Shown here piece by piece: positions 28,179 through 37,337 of a stretch of 64,000 bases of DNA. The stretch is taken from positions 30,479 to 94,478 of the forward strand of contig CAYYLQ010000007.1 in NCBI GenBank assembly GCA_964472655.1. Reading direction: 5' to 3'. Positions within the stretch are counted from its first letter, which is position 1, and each line of letters opens with the position of its first letter. A program made the position numbers and the translations under genes. Origin of the DNA: an uncultured Nitrospirales bacterium (GTDB taxonomy: Bacteria > Nitrospirota > Nitrospiria > Nitrospirales > NS-4). Below the pieces are notes generated by a model that saw only the letters and a program-made list of their open reading frames with translations, did not search any database and was not told the DNA's origin.

Positions 28179-28817
28179 CTAAGCTCCATGCGCGTGACCC
28201 GCTCCATATCGTTCGATAAAAGCCTTCATATCCGAAGACATAAGCAACGGCAGGGCCTCCTCGATCTTGGGCAAGGGCCAATCCCACCAGGCAATCGTTT
28301 GCAACGCCTCGATCGTGGCCGCATCGAATCGGAATCGGAGATGCCGGGCCGGCATTCCCACAACAATAGAATAAGGGGCCACATCCCTGGTCACCACGCT
28401 CCTCGCACCAATGACCGCCCCATTGCCGATCGTGACGCCGGATAGGATCAAGGCATCTGTGCCGAACCACACGTCATGCCCGACGATGACGTCTCCCTTT
28501 GTGCGAGAAGGCAACGGCAAACTCTTGGCACGCTCAAATAGAACATTGAACGGATAGGTGGAGACCCAATCGATGCGGTGCTCGCTTCCCATAAGAATCA
28601 TCACACCGGATGCGAACGAACAGAACCGCCCGATACGGACCGTCGCGCCTTCATCTCCCCAGATAATGTTGGGTGTCCCGTAGGTCCAGTCTCCAATTTG
28701 ATAGGCGGCATACTGTTCGTTGAATTTCGTGAAAAAGGCCAGGTCCTTGCGCACCGCCCACGGCGATCGGTGGAGCATTCTGGAAGCGAAACGGCGGAGG
28801 AGACTTTTAATGCGCAT
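28179..28817 (-). CDS. Hexapeptide-repeat O-acetyltransferase (CatB/Vat-related)
   Basis: GHDVWFGTDALILSGVTIGNGAVIGARSVVTRDVAPYSIVVGMPA. Confidence 0.8.
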   Translation of the reverse strand: MRIKSLLRRFASRMLHRSPWAVRKDLAFFTKFNEQYAAYQIGDWTYGTPNIIWGDEGATVRIGRFCSFASGVMILMGSEHRIDWVSTYPFNVLFERAKSLPLPSRTKGDVIVGHDVWFGTDALILSGVTIGNGAVIGARSVVTRDVAPYSIVVGMPARHLRFRFDAATIEALQTIAWWDWPLPKIEEALPLLMSSDMKAFIERYGAGHAHGA

Positions 28818-29643
28818 GCTGGTCGGCCAGGAACTGTTTGACTCCCTCTCGCCAAGGCGGGAGACTCAATCCGTATTGATGCAAGAGAGCCGTCGCGAGG
28901 GCGGAATAGGGCGGTCGCCGGGCAAGACGCGTAGACTCGGCGGTAGAAATCGGCACGATCCGACATTCACGTCCTGCCTCCTGGAGGATGGCCCTCGCGA
29001 ATTTGTACCGGGAACATTCTCCTTCTCCGCCGGCATGCATCACTCCCGTCACATCCGATCGGATCAACCTGGCGATCACGTGCGCGAGGTGGCGCGCATA
29101 CGTCGGGCTTCCACGCTGGTCGTCCACAACGCGGATCTCCGGCTGCGTGACGGCCAGACTCAGAATGGTCTTCACGAAATTCTTTCCGTGTACGCCGTAC
29201 AGCCAGGAAGTCCGTAGCACCAGCGTCTTGCGGCAGCTTTTCAACGCTTCCTCTTCCCCCGCTAATTTGGAGCGGCCGTAGACACTGAGCGGATTCACAG
29301 GATCGCGCTCGGTATAGGGCACGGTCTTCTGGCCATCGAAAACATAATCGGTGGAGAGATACAGGAGCTTGGCGCCGGCCTTGGCCGCTCCCTCTGCCAC
29401 ATAACGGGTGCCGATTGCATTGATCTGAACCGCCATGTCAGGGTTTCGCTCGCACCCGTCCACATCGGTATAGGCGGCGGCATGAATCACGAGAGCGGGC
29501 CGTTGCGCGGCGATCTTCTCTCCGAGCGTCGGGTCCGTCAGCGCATATTCCGGTTGATCCGTCGCGATCACTTCCTCGGCCTGCAGGACTCGTTGGAGTT
29601 CCTGCCCGAGCTGGCCCTTCGCCCCGGTCACGAGGATGCGCAT
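28807..29643 (-). CDS. rmlD: dTDP-4-dehydrorhamnose reductase
   Basis: MRILVTGAKGQLGQEL, YGRSKLAGEE (YxxxK) and operon context with rmlB. Confidence 0.85.
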   Translation of the reverse strand: MRILVTGAKGQLGQELQRVLQAEEVIATDQPEYALTDPTLGEKIAAQRPALVIHAAAYTDVDGCERNPDMAVQINAIGTRYVAEGAAKAGAKLLYLSTDYVFDGQKTVPYTERDPVNPLSVYGRSKLAGEEEALKSCRKTLVLRTSWLYGVHGKNFVKTILSLAVTQPEIRVVDDQRGSPTYARHLAHVIARLIRSDVTGVMHAGGEGECSRYKFARAILQEAGRECRIVPISTAESTRLARRPPYSALATALLHQYGLSLPPWREGVKQFLADQHAH

Positions 29644-29644
29644 G

Positions 29645-30727
29645 TCACGGTGTCCCGCTCAGACGCGCCCCATAGACCCGTTCGTAGTAGGTCCGAAACT
29701 CTCCGGATTTGATCTTCTGCCACCACCAGCTGTTGTTGCGGTACCAGCTGACCGTCTCCTTCAGAGCTTCTCGGAAATCCCCGCGCGGTTTCCAGCCTAG
29801 CTTCGCGATCTTCTTGCAGTTGAGGGCATACCGCCGATCGTGGCCGAGCCTGTCCGTCACGTGCCGCAGTAGAGACCGCGGCTTGCCCAGCAGCTTCAGG
29901 ATCATCTCGGCCACTTCGAGGTTCGGCCGCTCCTCTCCGGTGCCGACGTTGTATACCTGACCGGGCTCGCCCTTCTCCAGCACGAGCGCGATGGCTTCGC
30001 AGTGATCCCGGACATAGAGCCAATCGCGCTGTTGAAGCCCATCCCCATAGAGTGGGAGCGATTGATTCTCTAGGGCGTTCGTCACGAACAACGGAATGAA
30101 TTTTTCCGGATACTGGTTGGGGCCGAACGTGTTGCTGCCGCGGGTGATCAGGACCGGCATGCAGTACGTGGCAAAATAACTGAGGACTAGCAGATCGCCG
30201 GCCGCCTTGCTGGCAGAGTACGGGCTGCGCGGAGCCAGCGGATCGGACTCCGATGAGCGGCCGGTCTGGACGTCGCCGTAAACCTCGTCCGTGCTGACTT
30301 GGAGAAACCGCTTGATGCCGGCGGCCCGGGCCGCTTCCAACAGCACCGCCGTCCCGACCACGTCGGTCAGGACGAACCCGCCCGGTTCCACGATCGAGCG
30401 GTCCACATGCGTCTCGGCCGCAAAGTTCACGATGGCATCGACGCGATGCTCGCGCACGACGCGGCCCACGAGGTCCGTGTCGCAGATGTCCCCGTGGACG
30501 AACGTGTAGCGCTGGTGCCCGTCAAGGTCGCGGAGATTGTCCAGATTGCCGGAGTAGCGGAGCGCGTCCAGATTGACCACCCGCGCCTCCGGCCGCTGCA
30601 GCAGCAGCCGTACGAAGTGCGATCCGATGAACCCCGCTGCACCAGTGACCAGAATTCTCCGAAGGGACGGAGGGCTTGCGGCTACCGGCGGATTCTTTTT
30701 CCGTACCATGTCCGTTTCCACACCCAT
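29645..30727 (-). CDS. rmlB: dTDP-glucose 4,6-dehydratase
   Basis: ILVTGAAGFIGSHFVRLL and YSASKAAGDLLV. A possible later start MVRKK lies at 30709. Confidence 0.9.
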   Translation of the reverse strand: MGVETDMVRKKNPPVAASPPSLRRILVTGAAGFIGSHFVRLLLQRPEARVVNLDALRYSGNLDNLRDLDGHQRYTFVHGDICDTDLVGRVVREHRVDAIVNFAAETHVDRSIVEPGGFVLTDVVGTAVLLEAARAAGIKRFLQVSTDEVYGDVQTGRSSESDPLAPRSPYSASKAAGDLLVLSYFATYCMPVLITRGSNTFGPNQYPEKFIPLFVTNALENQSLPLYGDGLQQRDWLYVRDHCEAIALVLEKGEPGQVYNVGTGEERPNLEVAEMILKLLGKPRSLLRHVTDRLGHDRRYALNCKKIAKLGWKPRGDFREALKETVSWYRNNSWWWQKIKSGEFRTYYERVYGARLSGTP

Positions 30728-31488
30728 AAATCGTCAAGACTGCGGCACCGCTCCTTGAACGCCATGAAGTTGGCTTCGACGTCGCCCTTGTCGACCAGCA
30801 CGTTCTCCCGACAGTGGAACGAGTCGCTCCAAAACAATCCTATCGTGGCGTACTTGGGATTGATCTCGCGGAACCACCGATTGATCACGGCCAAGAGCTG
30901 ATGAACCGGATCGAAGATTTCGGCCCAATGATGGTTCTGATGCGATCGGTTCCAATCAGGACCCACGGTCAGGTGAAACCGGCTGTAGCCATGGAGCTGC
31001 GTATGCTTGAAGGTGAACTCAATCCCGTCCGCCGTCAGCTCACATAGCCAGTGGTGATGGGAATAGCCGCAGTAGCGGCTGCGCTCGATCCCGGGCATAC
31101 TTTCGATGATCCGATTGGGGGTCTCGAAATAGCCACGCCGGCCGACACGCATCATTTCCTGGCAGACCCAGACGGGATCGCGCAGGTCTTCCAGGGTGCC
31201 CTTGCAGAGCACGAAGTCGAACTGCTTGTCTTTGAACGGCCAGGGTTCCCGCGAACACAGATCCCACTGCACCCAGGTCTCTTTGGAGAAATGCGGCGTG
31301 GGCCAAACTTCGGGGAGCCAGGGCTGCAGATGCCCGCGCTGCGCCCACGAGAGAAAGTCGAGCACGTAATTGGCCCGGCTCAGCGGCTTGATGCCTCCGC
31401 CTACGTCAAGGACCACGTCGCCGGGCTTAATATGTCCGGGCAACTCGTTGAATGTGCCTACCTCTCCTGGTGCCATTGCGTCACTCAT
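30682..31488 (-). CDS. Methyltransferase-like protein inserted in the rml operon
   Basis: VVLDVGGGIKPL motif-I-like segment followed by a long unassigned C-terminal region. Start placed at ATG 31488 (ATGA overlap with the rmlC stop). Confidence 0.5.
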   Translation of the reverse strand: MSDAMAPGEVGTFNELPGHIKPGDVVLDVGGGIKPLSRANYVLDFLSWAQRGHLQPWLPEVWPTPHFSKETWVQWDLCSREPWPFKDKQFDFVLCKGTLEDLRDPVWVCQEMMRVGRRGYFETPNRIIESMPGIERSRYCGYSHHHWLCELTADGIEFTFKHTQLHGYSRFHLTVGPDWNRSHQNHHWAEIFDPVHQLLAVINRWFREINPKYATIGLFWSDSFHCRENVLVDKGDVEANFMAFKERCRSLDDLWVWKRTWYGKRIRR

Positions 31489-31964
31489 CCTCCCCGCGTC
31501 ACATAGCTCGGCCACCGGTAAGGAATCTCTACGCTGTTCCAAGGATGCCGGAACTCATCGGGATCCTTGTAGCGATACGGAATCGTGGGCACGTTCACAA
31601 TACGCGCCTCCTCACAATCCAAAGCAAAGAAGCCGTGCAGGACCAAGGGAGGAATTTTCAACACCACCGGCGCGTGCCCGTCGCAGGGAGGCGCTTCGAG
31701 GATGACCTCCTGTACTTCGCCATGGGTTGGAGATCCCGGCCGGTTGTCGTAGAGCACCACCATGGCCCGCCCAAAGACGCAGGCGAAATGATCGGTCTGT
31801 TCTTTGTGGTAATGCCATCCCTTCACGACCCCGCGCTTGCATCCGGTGATATAGAGTTGCCCGAAACGCTCATACATTTCTTCATCGCAGCGGAGGATTT
31901 CCATCAAAAAACCACGATCGTCCGGAATGAGCTTGCGCTCCTTGATCTTCACGCCTTGGATCAT
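31485..31964 (-). CDS. rmlC: dTDP-4-dehydrorhamnose 3,5-epimerase family cupin (short form)
   Basis: MIQGVKIKERKLIPDDRGFLMEILR...KGWHYHKEQTDHF cupin core. Start ATG 31964 forms an ATGA overlap with the rmlA stop, so the track's 195-aa version is over-extended. Confidence 0.7.
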   Translation of the reverse strand: MIQGVKIKERKLIPDDRGFLMEILRCDEEMYERFGQLYITGCKRGVVKGWHYHKEQTDHFACVFGRAMVVLYDNRPGSPTHGEVQEVILEAPPCDGHAPVVLKIPPLVLHGFFALDCEEARIVNVPTIPYRYKDPDEFRHPWNSVEIPYRWPSYVTRGG

Positions 31965-32701
31965 GTCGCCCCTTCCATCTTGTTGGCGCCTGTCTGGGTC
32001 ACCAGATTGGCGGCGCTCATGAGGGATTCGAACGTTCCCGCATCGGTCCACCAGCCATCCAGGACACTCCATGTCATCTGATTCCGCTCGATATAGACGT
32101 TGTTCACATCGGTAATCTCCAATTCGCCGCGCGCCGAGGGCTTGAGGGTGCGGATGATATCAAAGACCTGATGGTCAAAACAGTAAATGCCGGTCACGGC
32201 ATACGGCGATTTCGGCTCTTTCGGTTTTTCCTCGATTTTGACCAGACGGTCCCGTTCGAATACCGGCACGCCGAAGCGTTGTGGGTCTTTGACTTCCTTC
32301 AGCACAATCTTGGCCCCCCGGCCCTGCTCCTGAAAGGCGCGAACGATCGAAGCGATGTTTCGCTCGATGATGTTGTCTCCCAGCACCACGCAGATTGGTT
32401 CGCGGTTGGCGAAGAACTCCGCCAGGATCAAGGCGGCCGCGATGCCGCCTTCTCCTTCCTGATAGGTGTAGTTGAGGTGTTGTAGCCCGAATTCCTGCCC
32501 GTTACCCAGCAGCCGCAGGAAATCGCCCGCGCTGTTCCCGCCGGTGACTAGCAGGATGTCGCGGATGCCGGCATTCACGAGCGTCTGGATCGGATAGTAG
32601 ATCATTGGCTTGTCATAGACGGGCAGCAGGTGCTTGTTCGTCACCTTGGTCAGCGGGTAGAGCCGCGTGCCGAGTCCTCCGGCGAGAATCACGCCTTTCA
32701 T
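31961..32701 (-). CDS. rmlA: Glucose-1-phosphate thymidylyltransferase (short form)
   Basis: MKGVILAGGLGTRLYPLTKVTNKHLLPVYDKPMIYYPI. Confidence 0.85.
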   Translation of the reverse strand: MKGVILAGGLGTRLYPLTKVTNKHLLPVYDKPMIYYPIQTLVNAGIRDILLVTGGNSAGDFLRLLGNGQEFGLQHLNYTYQEGEGGIAAALILAEFFANREPICVVLGDNIIERNIASIVRAFQEQGRGAKIVLKEVKDPQRFGVPVFERDRLVKIEEKPKEPKSPYAVTGIYCFDHQVFDIIRTLKPSARGELEITDVNNVYIERNQMTWSVLDGWWTDAGTFESLMSAANLVTQTGANKMEGAT

Positions 32702-32717
32702 CGCTCCCTGCCTCCTC

Positions 32718-33473
32718 TCATGCCGTCGCCCGGCATCGCTCCCAGAGCTTGGCGTACTTGACGAACGTGTAATACGCGTACAGCAGCGACAGGATCAAGC
32801 CCGGCATCCCGTCGCGAAATCCCTGTCGCAGCCCGTACATCTTGATGAATGTGAAGACCGGGTGCGTTACCAATTGATGCGCGTGGAACCGCCGTCCCCG
32901 GTCGGCCATCTGTTGCGCTATCAGCGTCGAATACCGGCTCATCTTCCGCAGATACTCGCCAAGATTACGAAAAGGGACCTGCAGGACATGGCCGCGCAGG
33001 TAATCAACGCGGCCCGTCGCGTCGAAACCTTCATGCACGAGATCGTCCCGGTACCGGAGCTTGTGTTTGTTGAAGAACTGTGGCTGCCGGTAGTCCGGGT
33101 ACCAGCCGCAGTGGCGGATCCACCGGCCCAGAAACAGACTCTTGCGTGGAACGAAGAAGGCATCGGCTCGCGGCCCGCGCGCGAGCTCGGCACGGATTTC
33201 CTCGCGCAGTTCATCCGTCACGCGCTCGTCGGCGTCGAGGCTCAGCACCCAATCGTGCGTCACCAACTCCAGCGCGCGGTTGCGGAGCTTGCCGAACCCC
33301 GCAAAGTCGCATTGATAGACTTTATCGGTATACTCCCGGCAGATCTGTTCCGTCCGGTCGGTGCTGTGGGAGTCCAGGACCACGATCTCGTCGGCCCACT
33401 TGAGGCTCTCAAGAGCCTCCCGGACTTTCCCCTCCTCGTTGAAGGTGAGGACATAGGCCGACAGCTTAGACAT
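32718..33473 (-). CDS. Glycosyltransferase family 2 (LPS-core type)
   Basis: MSKLSAYVLTFNEEGKVREALESLKWADEIVVLDSHSTDRT. Start placed at ATG 33473 (8-nt overlap with the upstream GT9 stop). Confidence 0.8.
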   Translation of the reverse strand: MSKLSAYVLTFNEEGKVREALESLKWADEIVVLDSHSTDRTEQICREYTDKVYQCDFAGFGKLRNRALELVTHDWVLSLDADERVTDELREEIRAELARGPRADAFFVPRKSLFLGRWIRHCGWYPDYRQPQFFNKHKLRYRDDLVHEGFDATGRVDYLRGHVLQVPFRNLGEYLRKMSRYSTLIAQQMADRGRRFHAHQLVTHPVFTFIKMYGLRQGFRDGMPGLILSLLYAYYTFVKYAKLWERCRATA

Positions 33474-34482
33474 CGGCCACCTGCATGGGCAGCGCACGTG
33501 CCAGTACCTGCGTGACACGCTCGGCCACCGTTTCCACGGTGATCCGATCCAGACAGTCCCAGTAGGGGCAGGCCTCGTAGATGCACTTCTCACAGGTCGG
33601 CACGTCGGGTCGCAGCACAATGCCCGTCCCCAGCGGCTGCCAGCGGGTCGGCGAATTGTTCCGGCGCGGGTCGAAAATGCTCACCGTCGGAATCCCGAGC
33701 GCTGCGGCGAGATGCATCGGCCCGGTGGCGAGGGACACCACCGCATGACTTTCGGCAATCACCGCCATCAATTTCCGGAGCGTCAGCCCTCCCATCAAGT
33801 CTCTCACGCCGACCGGCCACTCGGAGGCCTGCGTCTCGGCCCGAAATTTGTCCCGCTCCGCCGCACTGCCCGTCAACACGACTTCGCGCCCCTCGCCCGC
33901 GAGACGCAAGACCAGGTCCCGGTAGTGAACCGGCTTCCAGAGGCGGCTGGAGAACCCGCCGGGATGGACCAAGACGCGAAGCCTGTGAGACTCGCCCAGG
34001 AACCCTTTCGACCACGTCCGCTCCTCGGCCGTCACCACCAGCCGCGGCAGTGCGGCTTCGCCGGGCGCAAGTCCCAACCCGCGGAGCAGCCCCAGGTTGT
34101 ACGCACTCTCATGGCGGGCAAAATCGCTTCGGTGCTCGTAGACCCGCCGGTTGAGCAGGAAAGAATACCAGCGGTACCCCGTGCCGACGCGCAGCGGCAC
34201 GCGCGCCAGCCAAGCCGCTGTCATGAGCCGGCGGAAGGGTTTGAGAAAAATCGCTGCATCCACGTTCCGGCGAAACAGTCGAACGAGTTCCCCAAGGGAC
34301 TCCTGCCCTGTCACGGTCAGCACCTCATCGAGGTCCGGATGGTGCGCCAGGACCGGCGCGGCGTAAGCGCTGGAGAGAAAGCTCAAGCGTCCAGTCGGCA
34401 TCGCGCGGCGCAGTTCCGTCGCCACGGGGAGCGAGAGAATCTCATCCCCAATGCCGTCAGGTCTGACGAGCAGGATATTCAC
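33466..34482 (-). CDS. Glycosyltransferase family 9 (heptosyltransferase-like)
   Basis: NILLVRPDGIGDEILSLPV and SLATGPMHLAAALGIPTVSIFDP. GTG start at 34482 overlaps the Trm112-like stop (GTGA). Confidence 0.8.
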   Translation of the reverse strand: MNILLVRPDGIGDEILSLPVATELRRAMPTGRLSFLSSAYAAPVLAHHPDLDEVLTVTGQESLGELVRLFRRNVDAAIFLKPFRRLMTAAWLARVPLRVGTGYRWYSFLLNRRVYEHRSDFARHESAYNLGLLRGLGLAPGEAALPRLVVTAEERTWSKGFLGESHRLRVLVHPGGFSSRLWKPVHYRDLVLRLAGEGREVVLTGSAAERDKFRAETQASEWPVGVRDLMGGLTLRKLMAVIAESHAVVSLATGPMHLAAALGIPTVSIFDPRRNNSPTRWQPLGTGIVLRPDVPTCEKCIYEACPYWDCLDRITVETVAERVTQVLARALPMQVADV

Positions 34483-34649
34483 GCGAGCTTCACGGCCTCA
34501 TCGATCAGCATGACAGGAATATCGTCCTTGATCGGATACATCAGTTTGCACGCATGGCAGACGAGCCCGTCGCCCTTGTCGGTCAGCTTTATGTCGCCCT
34601 TGCACTTGGGGCAAGCCAGGATCGCTAGCAGTTCCTTGTCGATGGGCAT
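34479..34649 (-). CDS. Trm112/YcaR (UPF0434) family zinc-ribbon mini-protein, 56 aa
   Basis: Below the ORF-track size cut-off. Hand translation: MPIDKELLAILACPKCKGDIKLTDKGDGLVCHACKLMYPIKDDIPVMLIDEAVKLA. It has the CPxC...CxxC ribbon and the IP(V/I)ML tail typical of Trm112-like proteins. The stop overlaps the downstream GT9 start. Confidence 0.7.
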   Translation of the reverse strand: MPIDKELLAILACPKCKGDIKLTDKGDGLVCHACKLMYPIKDDIPVMLIDEAVKLA

Positions 34650-35683
34650 AGTTCTTCCCCTTTCAGTAGTTTCGCCGCTGATTCAATCACCGCTTGAGGC
34701 CCTATGGTGGTCAAGCACTCCAGTTTCACCGCGTTCGCGCAACGCCGGCTGAAGCAGGGGCTGCAGGGTACGCCGCTGCGCAGGATGGTATGGCCGTCGC
34801 CGTAGGGTCCGGTCCTGGCCGGATCGGTCGGCCCGAACAGGGCGATGACGGGCGTGCCGACGGCCGCGGCCAGGTGCATCGGACCTGAGTCGTTCGTGAT
34901 GAAGACCCGCACCCGCCGCAGCAGCGCGATCAGCTCCTTCAACGTGGTCTTCCCCGCAAGATCGATCGGCGCGCCATGCATGGCCCGCATCACCGCTTCC
35001 CCGGCCGGGCGCTCCTCGCGGCCGCCGATCACCACCACCCGCACGCCTTGCCGCTGGAGCCAGTCACCGACGGCCGCAAAGGATTCGATCGGCCACTGTT
35101 TCGTCGTCCACCGCGCCGAAGGGTTCAGCGCCGCCAGCATCGTGCCCGCCTGGACGCCCGCGGCCGCCAGGAGCGCCTCGACCCGGGCCTCGGCCGCAGA
35201 CTCCTGCGGGAGATGAAACGCCGACGGGCGCGGCTTCTCCGGTCCAGCCCCTAGGAATCGCGCAATCAGCAGGTAGCGGTCCACCGCATGCATAGACATG
35301 TCGGGCACAGGCACGCGATGGGTGTAGAGCCAGGGACTGCCCTCCCGACCGTTCGCGAACCCGACGCGGGCCGGGCTTCCAGACAGCCATCCCAACATTG
35401 CGCTTCGCAGAAGGCCTTGCAGGTCCACCACCAGATCGAAACGTCCCGAACGGACCGCCCGCATCGCCGTAGGCCATCCCTTTACCGACAGATCCAGCGC
35501 CAACACGTCGTCGAGATCGGGATTGCCCTCCAGCACGTCCGCCCATTCCCGCTTCACCAGCCAAGTGAGCCTTGTCGACGGGAACTGCCGCCGCAAGGCC
35601 GCCAGGGTCGGCAGCGCGTGCACGACATCGCCCAGCGAGCTGGGCTTGATGATCAGTAGCCGGCGGACGTCATTCCAGAACAA
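34625..35683 (-). CDS. Glycosyltransferase family 9, heptosyltransferase I (WaaC)-like
   Basis: LLIIKPSSLGDVVHALPTLAALRRQFP and ITNDSGPMHLAAAVGTPVIALFGPTDP. Confidence 0.8.
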   Translation of the reverse strand: MFWNDVRRLLIIKPSSLGDVVHALPTLAALRRQFPSTRLTWLVKREWADVLEGNPDLDDVLALDLSVKGWPTAMRAVRSGRFDLVVDLQGLLRSAMLGWLSGSPARVGFANGREGSPWLYTHRVPVPDMSMHAVDRYLLIARFLGAGPEKPRPSAFHLPQESAAEARVEALLAAAGVQAGTMLAALNPSARWTTKQWPIESFAAVGDWLQRQGVRVVVIGGREERPAGEAVMRAMHGAPIDLAGKTTLKELIALLRRVRVFITNDSGPMHLAAAVGTPVIALFGPTDPARTGPYGDGHTILRSGVPCSPCFSRRCANAVKLECLTTIGPQAVIESAAKLLKGEELCPSTRNC

Positions 35684-37337
35684 GCACGTTCTCCTTCTCC
35701 AGAATCCATTTCACCGCCCCGGCCAGATCGCAGGCCGTGCAGTCGGGAACGAGGTTCTGGTCCATCATGCGCGCCTGTTCTTCCTCCGGACGATGCCCGC
35801 TCGCCACAAAGACCGCCGTCGCGCCGATGTTCCGGGCCAGTTGCACGTCGCTGGCCTTGTCTCCGATCACGATCGCACGGTCGGGCGCAAGGCCCAGTTC
35901 CTGTTGCGCGCGCAGGACCAGACCGGGCGCGGGCTTGCGGCAGGCGCAGGCGTCTTCCGGATGGTGCGGGCAGATAAAGATCCCGTCGAGCCTCGCACCG
36001 TCTTCGGCCAGCAGCTCGCGCAATCTCAGATGAACCGCGTCCAGCTGCTCCTGCGTGATAAGCCCCCGTGCCACTCCCGACTGGTTGGACAGCACCACCG
36101 CCTTGAAGCCGGCCCGGTTCAGGCGCGCCACGGCCTGCCCGACGCCCGGCAGGAGCTGGAGCCGATCCGGCTGATTGAGATAGCCGGGATCGAAATTGAG
36201 CGTTCCGTCCCGATCTAGATAGACCACCGGCGCCTTGCCGCCGTCTTCGGCAGGCTGTGTTTTCTGCTCCGCATGGCGCATGCCGAGCTGCCGCCTGGCC
36301 GCTGTATGAACGACGTCCGCTCCGATCCACTGCATGCAGCGGTGGTCTATGGGGCATTCCCTCAGCAGACAGGGCGAGCACTCGACAGGGTGCCGGACCA
36401 GCTCATGGCCGGGACCGTACGGCGCCGTCGTCGCCGGATTGGTCGGCCCGAAAATCGCCACCAGCGGCACGCCGAACGCCGCCGCAATGTGCATGGGGCC
36501 CGTGTCGTTCGTGATGAACAGCCGGCACCGTTTGATCAAGGCCATCAACTGCCGCACCGTCGTCCGGCCGGAAAAGACGATGGTGGGCGCCGTCATCATC
36601 CCGGCGATAGTGGTTCCCAACTCTTCCTCGCCCTTGCCGCCGAAAATCAGCACGCAGGCCTCGTGCTCGGCCGCCAGGCGGTCCGCCACCTGGGCAAACC
36701 GCTCCGGGAGCCAGCGTTTGGCCGAGCCGTACACAGAACCGGGGTTGAGACCGATCACGACCCGATCGGGCTTGACGCCGAACGCCCGCAGATGTTCCGC
36801 CGCCGCCGCATCTTCTCCCGGTATCGTCCGGAGCGTCGGAGCCGCAGGCTCGACCGGCATGTTCAGCGGCTTGAGCAACTCCAGATAGTACTCTACTTGG
36901 TGTTTGCGCCGGATCTTCGGCGTCAGCGGAACCCGATGGGTCAGCAGCAACGAACGCCCGTCGGTGGCGTACCCATAACGGTTGGGGATGCCGGCCAGTG
37001 CCGTGATGGCCGCGGCTTCGAACGCGTTCTGAAACAGCACCGCCAAGTCATAGCGCCCGCGGTTCAACTGGATCGCCAGAGACAGTTTGCCGCCGAGGCC
37101 GGCGTGCGGCCCCGGATCACGGTACAGCGCGATGTCATCGATGGCCGGGTGGCATTGCAACAGCTCGGCGACCGCGGGCTTCGCCAGCAGGGTGATCTTC
37201 GCCTGCGGAAAGCCCGCACGCAGGGCCGCGAGCGCCGGCGTCGCCAGCACCGCGTCGCCGATCCAGTTCGTGCTCCGGACCAGAATGCGCTTGACCGCCC
37301 CCGGCCTGGTCAGCCGTTTAAAACGACCCGCGTCCAT
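35670..37337 (-). CDS. Fusion protein: heptosyltransferase II (WaaF)-like GT9 domain + D,D-heptose-1,7-bisphosphate phosphatase (GmhB) HAD domain
   Basis: N-terminal RILVRSTNWIGDAVLATPALAALRAGFP and ITNDTGPMHIAAAFGVPLVAIFGPTNP (GT9). C-terminal VVYLDRDGTLN, VLSNQSGVARG, ICPHHPEDACACRKPAPG and IVIGDKASD match the GmhB motifs. Single 555-aa frame. Confidence 0.8.
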   Translation of the reverse strand: MDAGRFKRLTRPGAVKRILVRSTNWIGDAVLATPALAALRAGFPQAKITLLAKPAVAELLQCHPAIDDIALYRDPGPHAGLGGKLSLAIQLNRGRYDLAVLFQNAFEAAAITALAGIPNRYGYATDGRSLLLTHRVPLTPKIRRKHQVEYYLELLKPLNMPVEPAAPTLRTIPGEDAAAAEHLRAFGVKPDRVVIGLNPGSVYGSAKRWLPERFAQVADRLAAEHEACVLIFGGKGEEELGTTIAGMMTAPTIVFSGRTTVRQLMALIKRCRLFITNDTGPMHIAAAFGVPLVAIFGPTNPATTAPYGPGHELVRHPVECSPCLLRECPIDHRCMQWIGADVVHTAARRQLGMRHAEQKTQPAEDGGKAPVVYLDRDGTLNFDPGYLNQPDRLQLLPGVGQAVARLNRAGFKAVVLSNQSGVARGLITQEQLDAVHLRLRELLAEDGARLDGIFICPHHPEDACACRKPAPGLVLRAQQELGLAPDRAIVIGDKASDVQLARNIGATAVFVASGHRPEEEQARMMDQNLVPDCTACDLAGAVKWILEKENVLVLE

